DNA from: Felis catus
Lineage: Eukaryota
Reading direction: 5' to 3'
Assembly: GCF_018350175.1 (NCBI RefSeq)
Contig: NC_058368.1
Coordinates: 106,642,001 to 106,706,000, forward strand
Length of the DNA: 64,000 nucleotides
Shown here: one piece after another, positions 22,784 through 36,966 of the stretch
Layout: each line of letters begins with the position of its first letter
Position numbering within the stretch: the stretch's first letter is position 1
Notes under the pieces: generated by a model
Database searches by the model: none
What the model was told of the DNA's origin: nothing
Seen by the model: only the letters and a program-made list of their open reading frames with translations
Made by a program: the position numbers and the translations under genes

Positions 22784-23516
22784 AGCCAAACTACCATTCA
22801 AACCTAAAGGCAAAATGTAATCATTTTCAAAATAATAACAATTCAAACTTTACCGAACAGAACCCCCAAAAAGATATGCAATGAAGTTTTCTTCCAACAC
22901 CTTTTCTCCATTTTTTACTATATTCCTTCCTAGATGTAGGTAGGGTTATTAGTTTCCACTGTAGGATCTAGAAGCAGTTGATGCATAAGCAAATAAATAT
23001 GTATATATCAATTTATAGCTTTCAAGTCTACATTATTGATACACATACACATGTGTGCACAGAGAGATTCCTCTTTCTTTTTTGGGTAGTTTCATTTCGT
23101 GTGATTGCAAGTACATTGCATAATGTATTTAGTCAGTTTGGTGTTGATGAACATTTGATTGATTCTGATGTTTTCCTATTATGAACAGTGGTAAATAAAT
23201 AAGACTCTGTAGAAATGCCATTTTACCTATGTAATGTAACTCTTTGTCAAAGGGCATGGATATTGTTAATTTGGGGTGATGTTGCCTGATTGTACTTTAT
23301 ATTCTCAGGCCAGCAGAATACAAGAGTATATATTTCCCCTGTGCTTTTGCTGGTATGGGTGTTACTAAAGATATTAATATTGGTGAAATCTAATAGGAAT
23401 ATTATCTGAATATAGATTTAATTGATAGTTTTGTGTGTTTTTGGTGAGGCTGCGCATGTTTTCATATTTTTATTCTTCTTTTCCTATAAATGTACTGTTC
23501 ATATCTTGTACTAACT

Positions 23517-23708
23517 TTTTAAAAGTTTAATTGATTTATTTTGAGAGAGAGAGAGAACATGAGTGGGAAAGGGGCAGAGAATCCCAAGCAGGCTCCGCAC
23601 TGTGAGCGCAGAGCTGGACGTGGGGCTTGAACTCACAAACCAGGAGATCATGATCTGAGACAAAACCGAGAGTTGGACACTTAACTGGCTGAGCTACTCA
23701 GGCATCCC
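23517..23708 (-). mobile_element. Can-SINE
   Basis: Reverse-complement SINEC motifs (aatcccaagcaggctcc, gctactcaggcatccc). Confidence 0.88.
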
Positions 23709-25618
23709 TTCTATTCATTTTTCTATTAGAGTTTTAGTCTTTTTCATTTCTAATTCCAGAGTTCTTTTTGTATTAGTGTTTTGAAAAGATAAATGTTAAT
23801 AACAAAATAATACATGCTGAGTATAGAAAGTTTAGAAAATATACAAAATATATTATCTGTTAACTTACCATCCATAAATAGTCACTTTTTAGTGTATATG
23901 CAAAAGAGGAAACATAAATATCAAGTAAACATTCACAATTATTTTCAAATTTATTGGTAAGCTAGTAAAAGCGAATTTCCTCAAACATCATTTCTGGTTC
24001 ATTAGATTGGCACAAATTATGCAAACTAATAATATCCAGGGCCGATGCTTGGGGAACACCTTATCTTATACATTGTAGGAGAGCGAATTGTGAGAGCCTT
24101 TGTATTGTATGTACTTACATTTTAAATGTGCTTACCCTTCTTTTCAGGAATATTCATATGTGTGCAGAAGATTTACATATAAGCCTACTCATTGCAGTGT
24201 TGTTTTTAAGAGCAGAACATTATAAGTATTCATTGTTAGTGGGCTAGTTACATCTATATATTGTGCTGAATGCCCAGAGACCATAAAGAGAAAAGAAATA
24301 ATTCCTTTCTTCAATGTATTCACAGTCTTAAAGGAGCTGTTTCTCTGCCTCAACTTCTTGACTTCCCTGGGTCCATCACAATTCTCTGATTTAGGAAGTG
24401 TTCAGTGTCTTTATTAACTTGAAGAACACATCTCTTTAAGGCATTCTGCATGGTCTCTGGTTCACAATTCAGAACGGCGTGGATGATGATGGTTCTGCCA
24501 GTTGTGATGCATGAGAGAAGTTTCCGTGTGTAGAGTGTGCAGATGCTCCATTCTTATTTAAGGAAACGATAGAGTGAATTCCGATAAAAAAATTCTAATA
24601 AGAATCATCACACTGATGCATTGACATTGTACATTAAAGGTCAATAAATTCTTTAATCCCGTATTAATGTATGTCTTAATATCTGGAGAGAAGTCAGGCA
24701 TGGACCAATTTTATGAGAAGAAATTTTGCTTAATAATATTTGCTTCTTAAATATTAATATTATGTATTTATTTGAAATTTATTAGCTGACCTATGATACA
24801 CTTTTTTAAATTCAGGAAGTTCTTTACGGGGGCCTTTAGCTATTTTTATGCAACCCTAAATCAGCACATTTTTATTGAGCTCATGCACAATTCAATTGAG
24901 TGTTTCTGCTTACTTGCAATTACATTTTTACCCTGGATGGTTTTATGGGTTTCTGTTTACCAAGTAAAGAATAATGAGAGGAGTTCCAAGTTCCTGATTG
25001 ACAGGAAGTACCTTTAAGTTAGGAAAGTGATCTTGACCTATTTTGAGGCAGTGGGACAAACCAGTAGTCCCTTTTGGATTATGATTTGGGGGGTTTCCTG
25101 AAAGGAAATTTTGAGATTCCCTTAGCTAAGCGAGGACCATAACTTGCTTCAGAGTGCATTTAGGGTGCAGCCATGGCGAGCACATCATCTTGTCTCCATC
25201 TCATCTTTATTCTCTTGCCAAGCCCTAGACTGAGAGAAGTGAGAAAATGGGAACTAAGCCATTTTAATGCTACCCAGATATTTGTGCAGAATTATTGCAT
25301 GACGGTGTTGAGATGGCCCTCGGGGGTTAGAGAGTTTTGTACTTGACTTTTCCAACAAGAGAAACTCCATTTCATTTCATAATTAATGTGCACATATCTG
25401 TAATAAATTATTAACTGTTTAGGCTTTCATTCAGAGGAGCAGGGAGGGAATGGAGCTGATGAGCCCAGGCCAGTTTTGGCGTTATTTAACATCTTCTACT
25501 TTCCTGTTGCTTTCCAGTAAAAAAAACAAAAACAAAACAAAACAAAAAAAACAAAAAACCTCAGCATTTGTTTTTTCTTCACAAGCACATAAAGATGTTT
25601 TGCCCCAGGATTGATTGA

Positions 25619-25620
25619 TT

Positions 25621-25681
<61 letters not shown>

Positions 25682-25685
25682 TTTC
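25619..25685. repeat. (TTTC)~16 tetranucleotide repeat
   Basis: Read directly. Confidence 0.97.
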
Positions 25686-25832
25686 CCCTTACTTCTGCCT
25701 GGCTTCGTTTAAAATACATGACTACTAATAAATAACTAAACTAAACTAAACTAAAATATAACAGAATAAAATACATAACCACTAACTGCAGTGAGCCTAC
25801 GTCACTGACTCTTTGCTCACCCTTCTCGGTGC

Positions 25833-26012
25833 TCTCTTTCTTAAAGCCTGGTGTGCAGACAGCTTTATCAAAATCATGGTAGTGGGAGTGAGACTGAGGG
25901 AGTTGGGAATTCTCCATTTATATCAGAATCCCATACTGGGCCTCAAACTTAAGAAATGCATTTTAAAAGAATCCAAGGTAATTCTTGTGCAAGCTAGTAT
26001 TTGAGGGCAGCC
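25833..26012. mobile_element. MER5-like hAT-Charlie relic
   Basis: aaatgcattttaaaagaatccaaggtaattcttgtgcaagctagtatttgagggcagcc resembles the MER5 end. Confidence 0.5.
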
Positions 26013-27357
26013 ATTTGAATTTTAAGTGCTTTGAAAACTCCAGCACTCAGGATCTTTAATGACTAGATTTACATCCACCAAACTTTACACCCTAGGTGTC
26101 TTGAATGAATTTTAATACTCTTTGGTAGCTCTTATAGTGAACTTGGATACCTTCTGTCCTTCCCTTTAATATCCTCCTAGGAACCCACTCAGATGCCATT
26201 GAGCTGGAAAGGATTTTATGGATTTCAAATCGTTATTAAACAAGCTATAAATGTGAACTAGTTGGGAGGGGGTATAATGGGACCTTTATGCCAGGATGAA
26301 TGTTTTCTTACTCTTTAGGTGAAAAAGTATACAGAACCTGAAACCTGTTTCCCATTCCAGAATTTGGAAGTCAACAAAGGCTAAATTACTACAAACTGTC
26401 ATCAACAGTTTTCTGGGTAATCTAGCAGGACACTTACCCCACATGTTTTACAATACTTATTGTAATGAAATAAAGTTTATCAGCAACGAAGGAAGAAACA
26501 TTCCTTCATACTGAAAGGGGCCTCCCTTGGTAGCAAGTTTAGATGTGGATACGTGAAGGCTGAGGGGCATTGTAGAGGAGTATTAGAAAATCATTGAGAA
26601 AATTATAAACTTTTTGTGAGGTTACCTACCCTAGAATCGCAATGTAGTGTGGTCAGGTTAAGAGGACCTTGGAGATGTGTAAGGATCAAAGGGTAAGCTA
26701 TCTCAAATGGCAGAAATAAAATGACAAGTCTTATCTACTTGTTCACATTCTATGAATTGAGATGTCAAGAGTACTGTAAAACTCATTAGAATTTGCAGTC
26801 AAAACACATTAACCTGCTAAGAGGAATGGCCAGGCAGATAATTGTGTCCACTAATCTGATAGGTGCAAATGGTGTATTTTCCTTATTACTTGGCTTCGAA
26901 TGTATATAAGTAACATGTGATAGCTACATTTTCATGATAAAAGTATTATATTATCAGCAAATATTTTAGTGTGCCCAGTTCATAGACAGGCAGGTCAGTT
27001 ATTGAGCGAGGAACTTACCTATATAATTAGCATAGGGTCTTTGTGTTGTTTGCTGACTCTGGTTGTATGCTTGCAGATACAATAAATAGCGTTTCAATAT
27101 TTTATAATAAGAAAATAGAAAGTTTGAGCCATTTATTATGGAACTAACAGTTATGCATAAATATAACTAACAAAGTATAATGTCTGAGTGATTCACTGTG
27201 GAGATATCTGTTAATAAATTGAATTTAGTGTCCTGTTTTATCTACTAATGTAGATACTTCCTGTGTCTCTGTAGATCTCCATCCAATTAGAATTTTGTCA
27301 GTTCAAAATATGTGGTTCTAATTAGTAATGTTTTAAAAAGTATTGAATTGGTATCTT

Positions 27358-27563
27358 TCTTTAAAATTTATTTACTTTGAGAGAGAGCACATGCATGCAT
27401 GCACAAGTCGAGGAGAGACAGAGAGGGAGAGAGAGAATCCCAAGCAGGCTCCATGCTGTCAGTGCAAATTGTGATGAGGGGATCCATTCCACAAATCTGT
27501 GAGATTGTAACCTGAGCCAAAATTAAGAGCAGGGCACTTAACCGACTGAGCTACCCAGACACC
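27358..27563 (-). mobile_element. Can-SINE
   Basis: Reverse-complement SINEC motifs. Confidence 0.88.
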
Positions 27564-27744
27564 TACAATCAGTGTCTAGGTTGGAAGTTCCTATGTAAGA
27601 ATTTTTCTAAGTAGAATCTAATTGTTTGTCATTAGTGAGATAGACTCATGAATGTGCCAAGCTGATTTTTCTAGGGTAAATCCTTATTTGTAATGTAACG
27701 TAAAGGACATTGTGAATGTTTTTTTTCTCCTATTTTTTTTCTGG

Positions 27745-28199
27745 CATGACTTATAGACCCTCAAATTCATTCAAATGTACAATGTAGTGACTTCAAGTAC
27801 ATTCACAGAATTGTGCAGCCATCACTGCTCTCCATTTTAGAACATTTCCATCACCTCTTTCACTCCTACACATTTGTGGTCACTCTGTTCCTACCCCCAG
27901 TCTCAGGCAACCACTAATCTAATTTCTGTTTCAATACATTGCCTTTACATTTCATATACATGAAAACATATAAAATTCAGTCTTGTGTCTAACTTATTAA
28001 ACTTTGTGTAATGTTTGTGAAGCTTATCTGTGTGGTCTCATGAATCAGTAGTTCATTTTTTTTTTCTTGCTGAATAATAAGCCATTGTTGATATAACACC
28101 GCATTTTGTTTATCTGTTCATAAGTTGTGGACATTTGGATTGTTTCCACTCTTTCACTATTATGAATAATAGTTAATATGAACAGTCATTGTGTAGATA

Positions 28200-28265
<66 letters not shown>

Positions 28266-29410
28266 TATATATATATTCATTCCCAAAGAAGACATCTAGG
28301 AGTGGAATTGCTAGGTCATATGGTAAATTTACATTTAATATTTTTGGAACTGGGCAAATTCTTTTAGAAAGTATTGCATCACTTTGCATTCCCATCAGCA
28401 ACGTATTAGGATTCCAGTTTCTCCACATCCTTAACAACACTTATTATTGTCTGTTTATGATTATAACTAATCATGTGGCTCCACAGTGGGATCTTTTTGT
28501 GGTTTTGATTTGCATTTATCTGGTGCCAATGTTGAGTATCTTTTCATGTGCTGTCCTGTAGCCATTCATACATCATCTTTGGTGAAATGTTTACTCTGAT
28601 CTTTTGAGTATTTTAAATTAGATTTTTAAAAAATCTTTCTAGTATTTGGTTTTAAGAGTTCTTTATATACTTGGGTATAAATCTTTTGTCAGACATATGA
28701 TTTGCTAATGTTTTCTTCCAGTCTGTGTGTTTCTGATCAGTTTTTTAATGGTGTCTTCTAAAGCTAATCTTTATACATTTTGAAAAAAAAATCCAGTATC
28801 ATGTTTTTCTTCATCAAATGTACTTTGGCTTTGGTGTCTAATAACTCTGTGTCTAACTCAAAGTTGCCTAGTCTTTCTCCCATAGCTTGCTTAGGTGTTC
28901 TTCCATACTTTTGGTTTTCATATTTAGGTCTGTGACTTACTTTGAGTTAGTTTTTCTGTATGGTGTGAGGTCAGGGGTTCAAATGAATCTCTTTCCGTGT
29001 ATATATCCAATTTTCTCTCCACACCATTTACTGGAAAGATTATTCTTTTCTCATGAAATGCCATAGGAAATTTTGTCAAAAGTCAACCATAAATGCAAGT
29101 TTACATTTGAATTGTTAATACTGTTTGTTATATATATGTTTATCCTTATCTCTCTCTCTCTTTCTCTCTATCAATGTTTATTCTTATGTCAATACCATAC
29201 AGTCTTGATTTATGTAACTTTATAATATGTTTTGAATTTGGAAACTTTAAGTTTGATTTCTTTTTAAAAAATGTTTTGCCTATTCTCCATCCTTTGCATT
29301 TCTATACAAATTTTAGCATGAGATTGTAATTTGTCAATGTAGAGTCTGCTGGATCTTTGATAGGAATTGTATTTAAAGATCGATTTGGGGAGCATTTCCA
29401 TCTTAAACAA
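27745..29410 (-). mobile_element. Old L1M 3' fragment with an embedded (TA)(TG) microsatellite
   Basis: ggacatttggattgtttccact, ggagtggaattgctaggtcatatggtaa, ttccagtttctccacatcctt; ORF 28186..28440(-) is L1 ORF2-like. Confidence 0.85.
28197..28276. repeat. (TA)n(TG)n compound microsatellite
   Basis: Read directly. Confidence 0.95.
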
Positions 29411-31385
29411 CACAAAAGTTTTTTTGCTATCTGGAAATTATTATTATGAGAACAATCATTAGGGGAGGTTTTTGAACACCACGTTGACTGATAAAGAACA
29501 GAATTAGCTACTGATAGCCCATATTATAGTGCACAATATTTAAAATTAATAAGGATTGATGGGAGCAAGGAAAGCCAGTCATTTGGAGTTATACAAGTAG
29601 GGTATACAAAATAGAAGATTTTACAGTTCATGTCTTTGGACGAGTAGGGTGTGAATCTAGGTATCATACTCCAGGACTGCTTCCTATATTCCACTGCTGT
29701 GAAAAAGACAAAAGTTGTTAGGGTCAGGGTTCAAATAAACAAATAAATCCAAACAAACCTACAAAATCTAAACCATCCTTTTCAGGAAGTAGGTTTTAGT
29801 CACAAACAGAGTTATTCCCTAAATGTAAACTTATATCCAAAATATTGTATGTTTATTTAAACAGAGCCAAGATTTCCAGTATACGGCCTTTTATTAAAAA
29901 CCAAATCAGTATGCTTTCTCTGATAATCTGAGTGTAGACAGATGTCTTCCAGCTATAGGAATCATGAGTGAGAAAATGTTAGGATAATAAAGGCCCTTAG
30001 ATAATGTATTTGTCATTAATTTAATAATGATGTAAAAAAGCCTAGGAAAAGATAGAAATACTATATTTAGTTAATTCCAATAGATAATTTTTCACATTTT
30101 AGCAGCTGTCACATAGGGGTGTATCAGAAAACTGACAGCATCTTAAAATTGATGAAATTTAATATGAAAGCAAATGTGGACTTGGGGGCATTTTAGGAAG
30201 TGAAGATTTATGAATGTCTAGTTGCAGCAGTTTTCCAGAAGAAAAACTGGCTCATGAAATAAAAGGTAATGATATCCAAATAGTTATATTTAAATCTTTG
30301 CTGTTGAATAATAATGTAGGGAGATGTACATAGGAAATCTTTACGGTGTTTTTTTAATGTGCTTAAATTTCCTCTGCTTAATTTGACTATGTATCAGGAT
30401 TAAACCAAATTTTCATCCATGTAAACCTTAAATCTTAGCTTTAAGGAATACAATGATGGCCCAAGAATTCTGGTGGAATAGATGCTTTGGAGTGGCCAGT
30501 GGAAAATGGACAAGACATATTTACAAATACCACTTGAAATCTGGGTCCAAATTTAAGCTGGTAGAATGGTAAATTAAAGAAATATGTTTGCCTACTAATT
30601 TAATTCCCATGATTGCTTATTTTGCATTTTCAGTTCTTTCTCCTTGTCAGGCGTCAAGAGTTTACATAATCTGTGTGAATTGACACAACCTTCCTTGGAG
30701 GGAGGGAGAGTCATGAAGGGGGTCAGTGGCTGGAAAGATGAAAGAGGAGAAGCAAACCCACCAGTGCATATTTAGAGTGTGTTTTAAGCTTAAGAATGTG
30801 GAAACCCGTTATTTCTATTTGAAATGCTTTTGGAATAACATGCTAAAGCATCCCCGGGGACAGTCCAGTGCTGCACATTAATATGGTTTAAGAGAGCTCC
30901 AAAGTATTTGCCTATAGTTAGCTCAGTTGTAGTATTTTAGTAAGTGTTCTAATAACTTGGCTGCTCTTGCCCTTGGCTGTGGAGTCTCCACAAGTGTACA
31001 GTGTCCAATTTTTGGGTGCGTGGTCACATGGTCTTACGTGTTTTGAACCTATTAATAACTCACCATAGGCTTGTAAGAGAATACATCAGACTCTATATTG
31101 GAACTGCATAATCAACTGTCTGCTTAATCCTTCTCTCATTTCTTTCCATTACCTATTCGTCCAGAAGATACACATTCAGTTGTGTTCAGTGCTTATATAC
31201 CCTCCTACTCCTGTAATTCTGAAATGGATTTTATAATAAATTGATCTTGGAGACTTCAAAAGTATACAATGTAAGTGGAAGAGAAAACAATGGAAGACCA
31301 CCAGAGTGTTGTAAATGGTTTTTACTGTGATAATAACATAGGTTTTTATAGTACTTTACAGTTTATAAACTGTATTTACAAAATT

Positions 31386-31586
31386 GTTTTTTTTTTATTT
31401 ATTTTGAGAGAAAGAGAGAGCATGCATGCGTGCAAGCAGGGGAGGTGCAAAGGGAGAGAGAATCCCAAGCACGCTCCAGTGAGGAGCCCAGTGTGGGACT
31501 CAATCTCACTAACTGAACCCTGAGATCACAGCCTGAACCAAAATCAAGAGTTGGATGCTTAACTGACTATGCCACCCAGGCGCCCC
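31386..31586 (-). mobile_element. Can-SINE
   Basis: Head gccacccaggcgcccc; TSD tacaaaat. Confidence 0.88.
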
Positions 31587-32269
31587 TACAAAATCTTTTG
31601 ATTGTGGTATGTGTACACATTTTTAGAAAAGAAGTGACCTGCTAAAACAAATGCATATGTGTGAATAGCTTTTTGTGCTAGGGCAGTGGTATATAAGAAA
31701 CATATCCGCGAGAAATGGAAGACGTACTGGACTTTTCCACTAATCCTACCTACTAGGGCAGTAAACAAGTGTTGCCTCCGTCTTTTTTTTTTTTTTATCA
31801 AATCAATCAAGAAAAATCAGTGAATAGAATTCTGTTTGCATCAGTTTTTAGAAAGAAAGAGCTGAGGCCCAGTATATCATAGCTGTACTTACTGAACACT
31901 ACTATATGCTATACTCATAAGCATCCTGCCATAGGTATGGCTGATTTCATAGAAACCCACTGAGATACATACTCTCACGTGATTTTATAGATAAGGATGC
32001 TGAAGCTCATGGATATTGTGTAAATCATGCACATCAGGCAGCTGGTAAGGCTGGGAGGTGAAATTCAAAGTCACATCTCTTTGTGTTTGTGTTTGTGTGT
32101 GTGTGTGTGTGATGAAATTATTTTGTAGCTTCTGTTTTATTTATCAGAGGCATGTAACATTCACATTGTTTTAATTCTTTGATCCAAGGTATAGGGTGGA
32201 GATTGACATGGAGGAGATATAAAAATAGAATTTGATGTGGTAGAAATGACTGATTTTTATTCTTATTAT

Positions 32270-32695
32270 TTTAAAAAAAATTTTTAATGTTTATTTATTT
32301 TTGAGAAGAGGGAAACAGAGCATGAGTGGGGGAGGAGAGAGAAAGAGGGAGACACAGAATCTGAAACAGGCTCCAGGCTCTGAGCTGTCAGCACAGAGCC
32401 TGATGCGGGGCTCGAACTCACGGACTGCAGGATCATGACCTGAGCTGAAGTGGGATGCTTAACTGACTGAGCCACCCAGGCGCCCCTATTTTTATTATTT
32501 TTTAAAAATTATTTTTAGAGAGAGAGAGTGTGTGAGCAGGGGAGAGGGGCAGAGGGAGAGAGAGAGAAAATCTCGAGCAGGCTCTGTGCTCAGTGCAGAG
32601 ACCAACGTAGGGCTTGATCTCACGACTCTGGCATCATGACCTGAGCTGATATCAAGAGTCAGATGCTCAACCCACCTGAGGCACTCTGGTGCCCC
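32270..32695 (-). mobile_element. Two tandem Can-SINEs (32270-32486 and ~32495-32695)
   Basis: Two consecutive reverse-complement SINEC bodies and heads. Confidence 0.9.
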
Positions 32696-33469
32696 ACAAA
32701 TTACTGATTTTTAATGCAACCTGTCTTTCCTTTCTCCTAGTTGCTCTCTTATAGTAGTATTCTTAAAAAAACTAAAGCAAGAAATTAGCACACAGTAGAG
32801 GGATTTTCTTTAAAATATGCCTGACAGAGTCCAATACCATAAATACTCCTGGAAGCAAAGAATTCATTAATTTCACTTGCCAGTTTCATTGTTGGAAAAT
32901 GCAGTTGGAAAATCCTGGCATATCTTGGAAATAATCTTGGTTTTGTTCTTTGGAATACACAGAATGCTGTATCTCTCTTGTGACAGTTGGCAATGACCGT
33001 GACAATAGCTACAAATTGAATGATAATTTATGAATCAGTTGGGTTTGGGGCCCTCTACCTTGAGGTGTCTAATAGTTACATGATTCATATTTACAGTAAT
33101 TCTATCAGGAAGGTGTTACTACACCCATTTTGTTGATCAAGAAGTTGTGTAATATCCCTGAGGTCGTCAAGGAAGCAAGCTTGGAATCAAATCCAGGTCT
33201 GCCTGATTTGAAAGCTAGTACTCTTCATGTAAGTGGTTTGAAGACTGAGCTGTGCAGAACTCTAAAGTTTTGAAGTGTCATTTCAGAAATGGCCATGTTT
33301 CAGGTTTTGGAGTGAAGGGAAATGAAGGGAGTGTGAAGCTAGAAGGTGAGCTCCAGGCTCTTCTAACTTGGGTGCCGTCTGCTCCATTGTTCTCTGTTTA
33401 ATAGCATGTCATTTTCAAAGAATATTTGGTTTGAAAGGTGTCCCAGGTGGAATAAAAAAGTTTTATTGG

Positions 33470-34710
33470 AACGCCTGGAACTTTGACTTCCAGCCATCAT
33501 GAAATGGGAACTACAACATCAGGCAAACTATGTGAAATAATGGTTTTTCAGGCATTGGACAAAGGGTAGCGTGTGGCAGTAATCCCTGAGAGAAAAGAAA
33601 CCAATGAGCAATCTGTGTGTATGTCCCAGTTAGCAGCCTGAGAGAGGAAAAAATAGAGCCCAGTATTCTTACTGAATTAAAGAGACAAGGTTGGGATTTG
33701 AGAGAGGCTGAGGAAACCAGAATTTGCTGAAGTACCAGAGAGGGAGCAGTGCATTTAGGGAGGCCTCATAATGTGCAGAAGGTTCTTCTGGAGTCTTTGG
33801 TTGTGGGACATTCTACTCTCCCACCCCAGAACACACATTATTTTTCCATTGCACACAGGGCTATACTTCAATGTAATACCTTATTCTTGGCCATAAAGTA
33901 ATTCACTGTGAAGTTAAGGGCAGTGAAATAATGCAAAGTAAGTTTTCTTAGTCCAATAAAACTCAAATAGAAATCAATAAGGGAAAGGTCTTTGAAAAAT
34001 CCTCAAATATTTGGAAATGAAACAATACACTTTTAGGTAACATAGGGGTCAAGGAATAATTCGCAAATTAGAAATCATTGGGAGGTGAATGAAAATGGAA
34101 TACAACATATCATGATTTGTGGAATGCAGTGAAAGTGGTGCATAGAGGAAATATTTGCATCATGTACGTAGAAAAAAAATCTCAAATCAACGATCTAGGT
34201 ATATTCTTGAAGAAATTAAAGGTGAAATAAGGTGAAATAAAAATAAGAGCTGATATCATTGAAGAAGAGACTGGAACAGTAAGAGGGAAAATTAATCAAA
34301 TCAAAGTCGGTGCATTAAAAAAATAAAAATAATTGATAAACCCCCATTTGTCAAGGAAAAAAGATTAAAACACAAATTTTTCCAGGCGTCTGGGTGGTTC
34401 AGTCAGTTAAGTGTTCGACTCTTAATTTTGGCTCGGGTCACGATCTCAGGGTTTGTGAATTCGAGCCCCACATCAGTCTCCATGCTGACAGCACGGAGCC
34501 TGCTTGGGATTCTCTCTCTCCTCCCCAGCTTGTTTTCTCATTCTCTCTCTCAAAAGAAATAAATAAACGTAAAAAAAATACAAATTTTTCTTCCCACAAG
34601 AAAGATTAGTAAATCTGAACAGCATTATTTCTAATGAGAAATTGAATTTGTAGTTAAAAACTCTACCGAGGCAAAATCGGCTCACCTCATGATTTCTATC
34701 CAACATTTAA
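33470..34710 (+). mobile_element. Old L1M fragments (5' piece and ORF2 piece), interrupted by a Can-SINE
   Basis: aatcctcaaatatttggaaatgaaacaatacactttta, gaatgaaaatggaatacaacatatca: A-rich ORF2 pattern. Confidence 0.7.
34383..34578 (+). mobile_element. Can-SINE
   Basis: TSD aaaacacaaattttt/aaaatacaaattttt. Confidence 0.9.
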
Positions 34711-35219
34711 GAGGCTTCAATCATCCAGACACCCTTTTTAGGAGTCAATTTGAATTTTCCCCTCACCTTTTTTGCTTTTCTGTTCCCTGTACGTGGAATG
34801 GAAGATACTACATGTGGAGTATTTTGTTCCCTTTTTTTCTCCAGATGACGAGAGTCTGGTAGCTCTTTAGGTTCTTAATTCCCAAAGAGCACGAGGGATC
34901 CAAAAAAATTCCATCATATTATACATATATTTGCAAATTTTTGGTTAAGTGCTGCTCTAAACACTTGTTTACATTGCAACAGAACTTGGGAGAATGGAAA
35001 ACTATTCTTGGTGATACTCCATGACATCACTGTAATTGTCCAGTACTGTCTACATCATCCTCTCCCACTAATTACCAACCTTTTATTACGTTTCTGGAGG
35101 TCACACCATCACCATTTGCTGTGTACCCTGGCAAATTTTTCATCAGTTATTTTTGTGTTGAGATTTTCTAAATGAGTTTTTATAAAAACATTATCCTTTC
35201 AGGAAAATTCCATTCTTCC

Positions 35220-35413
35220 TTTATTAATTTTTTAATGTTTATTTATATTTGGGGCGGGAGGGGCAGAGAGAGAGAGGGAGATACAGAATCTGAAGCAGAT
35301 TCCAAGCTCTGAGCTGTCAGCACAGAGCCCAAGGCAGGTGTCGAACTCAGGAGCGGTGAAATCATTCTTGAGCCAAAGCTGGATGCTTAACCGACTGAGC
35401 CATCCAGCGTCCC
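35220..35413 (-). mobile_element. Can-SINE
   Basis: TSD caggaaaattccattctt. Confidence 0.9.
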
Positions 35414-35897
35414 AGGAAAATTCCATTCTTAGGATTTTCTTTGAGAGTGTACATAGGGCCATAGGTAAATAACATTTATGGTATTTTCATACACTTAGAT
35501 TGGCTTATATAATATAAATGGGATTACATAGTCTATGTCTTCTCTAAATTTTTACTTATTAATTGAATGGTAAGAGATTTTTATTCAATTGGGATAGTAA
35601 TATTTTATTAGTTATATACATTACAAATCTCTTCTTGAAGTTTATAGCATTGAAATCATTTCATGCCATGTATGTAAATCTTTTTTTAAACAACTATATA
35701 ACATTCCATAATATGAGAGGCCAATTATTTTAACTGCTAATATAACTTCTTAGTTAAGAGTTCTATCATCTATTATCTTTTACTTTGGATATTTAATCCC
35801 TCTGACATTCTGCTTCATATTTAAAACAAGGAAACATACTTCCTATTTTATATGGTTGTATTTGAGATTAGAGAATCATGCAAATAAATTACTTCCA

Positions 35898-36118
35898 GAG
35901 CAGGATTTTTCAACCTCACCACTAATGACATTTTGGGTAGGATTCTTGTTGTGGGGGGCTGTTTTGTGCATTGTAGGTTGCTTAATAGCATCTTTGGCCT
36001 CTACCCCCTAGATGCCCCGTCAGGAGAGGCAAAAATGTCTAGACATTGCCAGATTCTGCAATGTCCCTCCCTGGAGTGGGGGACACAAATACATCCACTG
36101 AGAAAATCACCGTTGTAG
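35898..36118 (+). mobile_element. MER20 (hAT-Charlie) DNA transposon
   Basis: caacctcaccactaatgacattttggg...gttttgtgcattgtagg...tggcctctaccccctagatgcc...aaaatgtctagacattgcca matches MER20 as I recall it. Confidence 0.8.
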
Positions 36119-36507
36119 AGAAGTGGTATCAAGTCCGCTTCATGAAGCTGGACATATACACAGCAAAGTTCTCTGGAATGATCTCTGCATGGACTACTTT
36201 GTGGGTGGCCCTTGCTGCAATTGCGCCTGTTAGTGGCCATTGAGAAAGCTTGCCAGGCTTTTATGTTGGTGCCATTTTTGCACTGACACAAATAACAATG
36301 ATTTCACAATACCACAATAGGTTACATAGATCACTGTGTACCTATATGAGCATATCTACCAGAGATATTCCTAGAGATGTTATCTTTGAGGGGAGAGGCA
36401 ACACAGGGCTTGCAGTATTGAAATGTTGATACATTCTGCTAAATCATCTTCCAAAAATGCTAGACCAGTTTACACTGTCATCTATTGTACCTAAAAACAC
36501 CCTTTTC

Positions 36508-36966
36508 GCCTAAATGTCCATCAACTGATGAATGGATAAAGAAATTGTGGTTTATATACACAATGGAGTACTATGTGGCAATGAGAAAGCATGAAATATG
36601 GCCATCCGTAGCAACGTGGATGGAACTGGAGAGTGTGATGCTAAGTGAAATAAGCCATACAGAGAAAGACAGATACCACATGTTTTCACTCTTAGGTGGA
36701 TCCTGAGAAACTTAACAGAAGTCCATGGGGGAGGGGAAGAAAAAAAAAAGAGGTTAGAGAGGGAGAGAGCCAAAGCATAAGAGACTCTTAAAAACTGAGA
36801 ACAAACTGTGGGTTGATGGGGGGAGGGAGGTTGATGAGGTGATGGGCATTGAAGAGGGCATCTTTTGGAATGAGCACTGGGTGTCATATGGAAACTAATT
36901 TGACAATAAATTTCATATAATAAAAAAATAAAATAAATTCAAATAAAGTAAAATTGAGTAAAAAAA
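36508..36966 (+). mobile_element. Relatively young 5'-truncated felid/carnivore L1 (ORF2 C-terminus, 3' UTR, poly-A)
   Basis: ORF PKCPSTDEWIKKLWFIYTMEYY...ATWMELESVMLSEIS; TSD aaaaacacccttttc (36493-36507)/aagagcacccttttc (36967-36981). Confidence 0.92.

Noticed and set aside
36485..36706. 73-aa ORF with clear protein similarity
   Set aside because: C-terminus of L1 ORF2 in a 5'-truncated, non-autonomous copy.
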